A stretch of 64,000 nucleotides of DNA from the NCBI RefSeq assembly GCF_009914755.1, contig NC_060937.1; one strand, 5' to 3'. Made by a program: the position numbers and the translations under genes. The stretch is from the human T2T-CHM13v2.0 reference genome, Homo sapiens. The notes under the pieces are model-generated. The model ran no database searches. It was not told the origin of the DNA and was given only the letters and a program-made list of their open reading frames with translations. This document shows positions 63,408 through 64,000 of this stretch, piece after piece. Every line of letters begins with the position of its first letter. Position 1 is the stretch's first letter.

Positions 63408-64000
63408 ATCTATCAAAAGAAATGAAAACTATATGTTGAAAAGATACCTGCGCTCTCATGTTCATTGCAGCATTAGTCACAATAGCCAAACTATGGAATC
63501 AACCTAAGTGTCCACCAAGGGATAAATAGCTAAAGAAACTGTGATACAGATACACAATGGAGTACTATTCAGCCTTAAAAAAGAAGAAAATCCTGCGACA
63601 ACATTGATGAACTTGAAGGACATTATACTATGTGAAATAAGCCAGGCACAGAAAGACAAATACTACATGATCGTACTTGAATGCAAAATCTGAGAAAGTT
63701 GGACTCATAGAAGAAAAGAATTAAATGTTGGTTGCCAGGGGCTGGGTGGCGGGATAAAATTGGGAGGTTTTGTTAAAAGTGTACAAAGCTTCAGTTAGAC
63801 ACTATGAATAATTTCCAGAGATCTATTGTACAGTGTGATGATAAGAGCTAATAATAATGTATTGTATACTTAAAAATTGCTGAGGGCATAGATCTCAAAT
63901 GTTCTTACCACAATAAGTGGTAAGTATGTGAGGTGATGGATTCTTAATTCATTTGATTAAATCATTTCACACTATACATATATATATGAAAAAATGACAT
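63408..64000 (+). mobile_element. L1MA 3' end, downstream half of the split L1
   Basis: tatcaaaagaaatgaaa...catgttcattgcagcatt..cacaatagccaa...ggaatcaacctaagtgtcc, then L1MA 3'UTR. Confidence 0.93.

Overview
AT-rich primate (human-like) intergenic DNA with no intact protein-coding gene, rRNA, tRNA or CRISPR array. Most long ORFs in the track come from Alu, L1 or LTR sequence. The first 52 kb holds about a dozen Alus, L1 fragments (one twin-primed, one 5'-intact with an inverted ORF2 piece), solo LTRs (MER41-family, THE1, LTR12C, MST/MLT, LTR27/28-like) and microsatellites. The notable structure is at 52.5-64 kb. An old processed SQSTM1 (p62) pseudogene was interrupted by a MER4 LTR (TSD GTTG), which was itself interrupted by a two-LTR MER41-family provirus (TSD GTCC). 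A MER44A transposon and Alus were also added. A ~6.1 kb inversion (~57324-63410) then split the pseudogene, the MER4 LTR, the provirus and a neighbouring L1 into halves on opposite strands, leaving a triplicated 13-16 bp motif at the breakpoints. I see no evidence of a new functional system; the strongest result is this structural history. Subfamily names come from recalled consensus sequences, not from a search.
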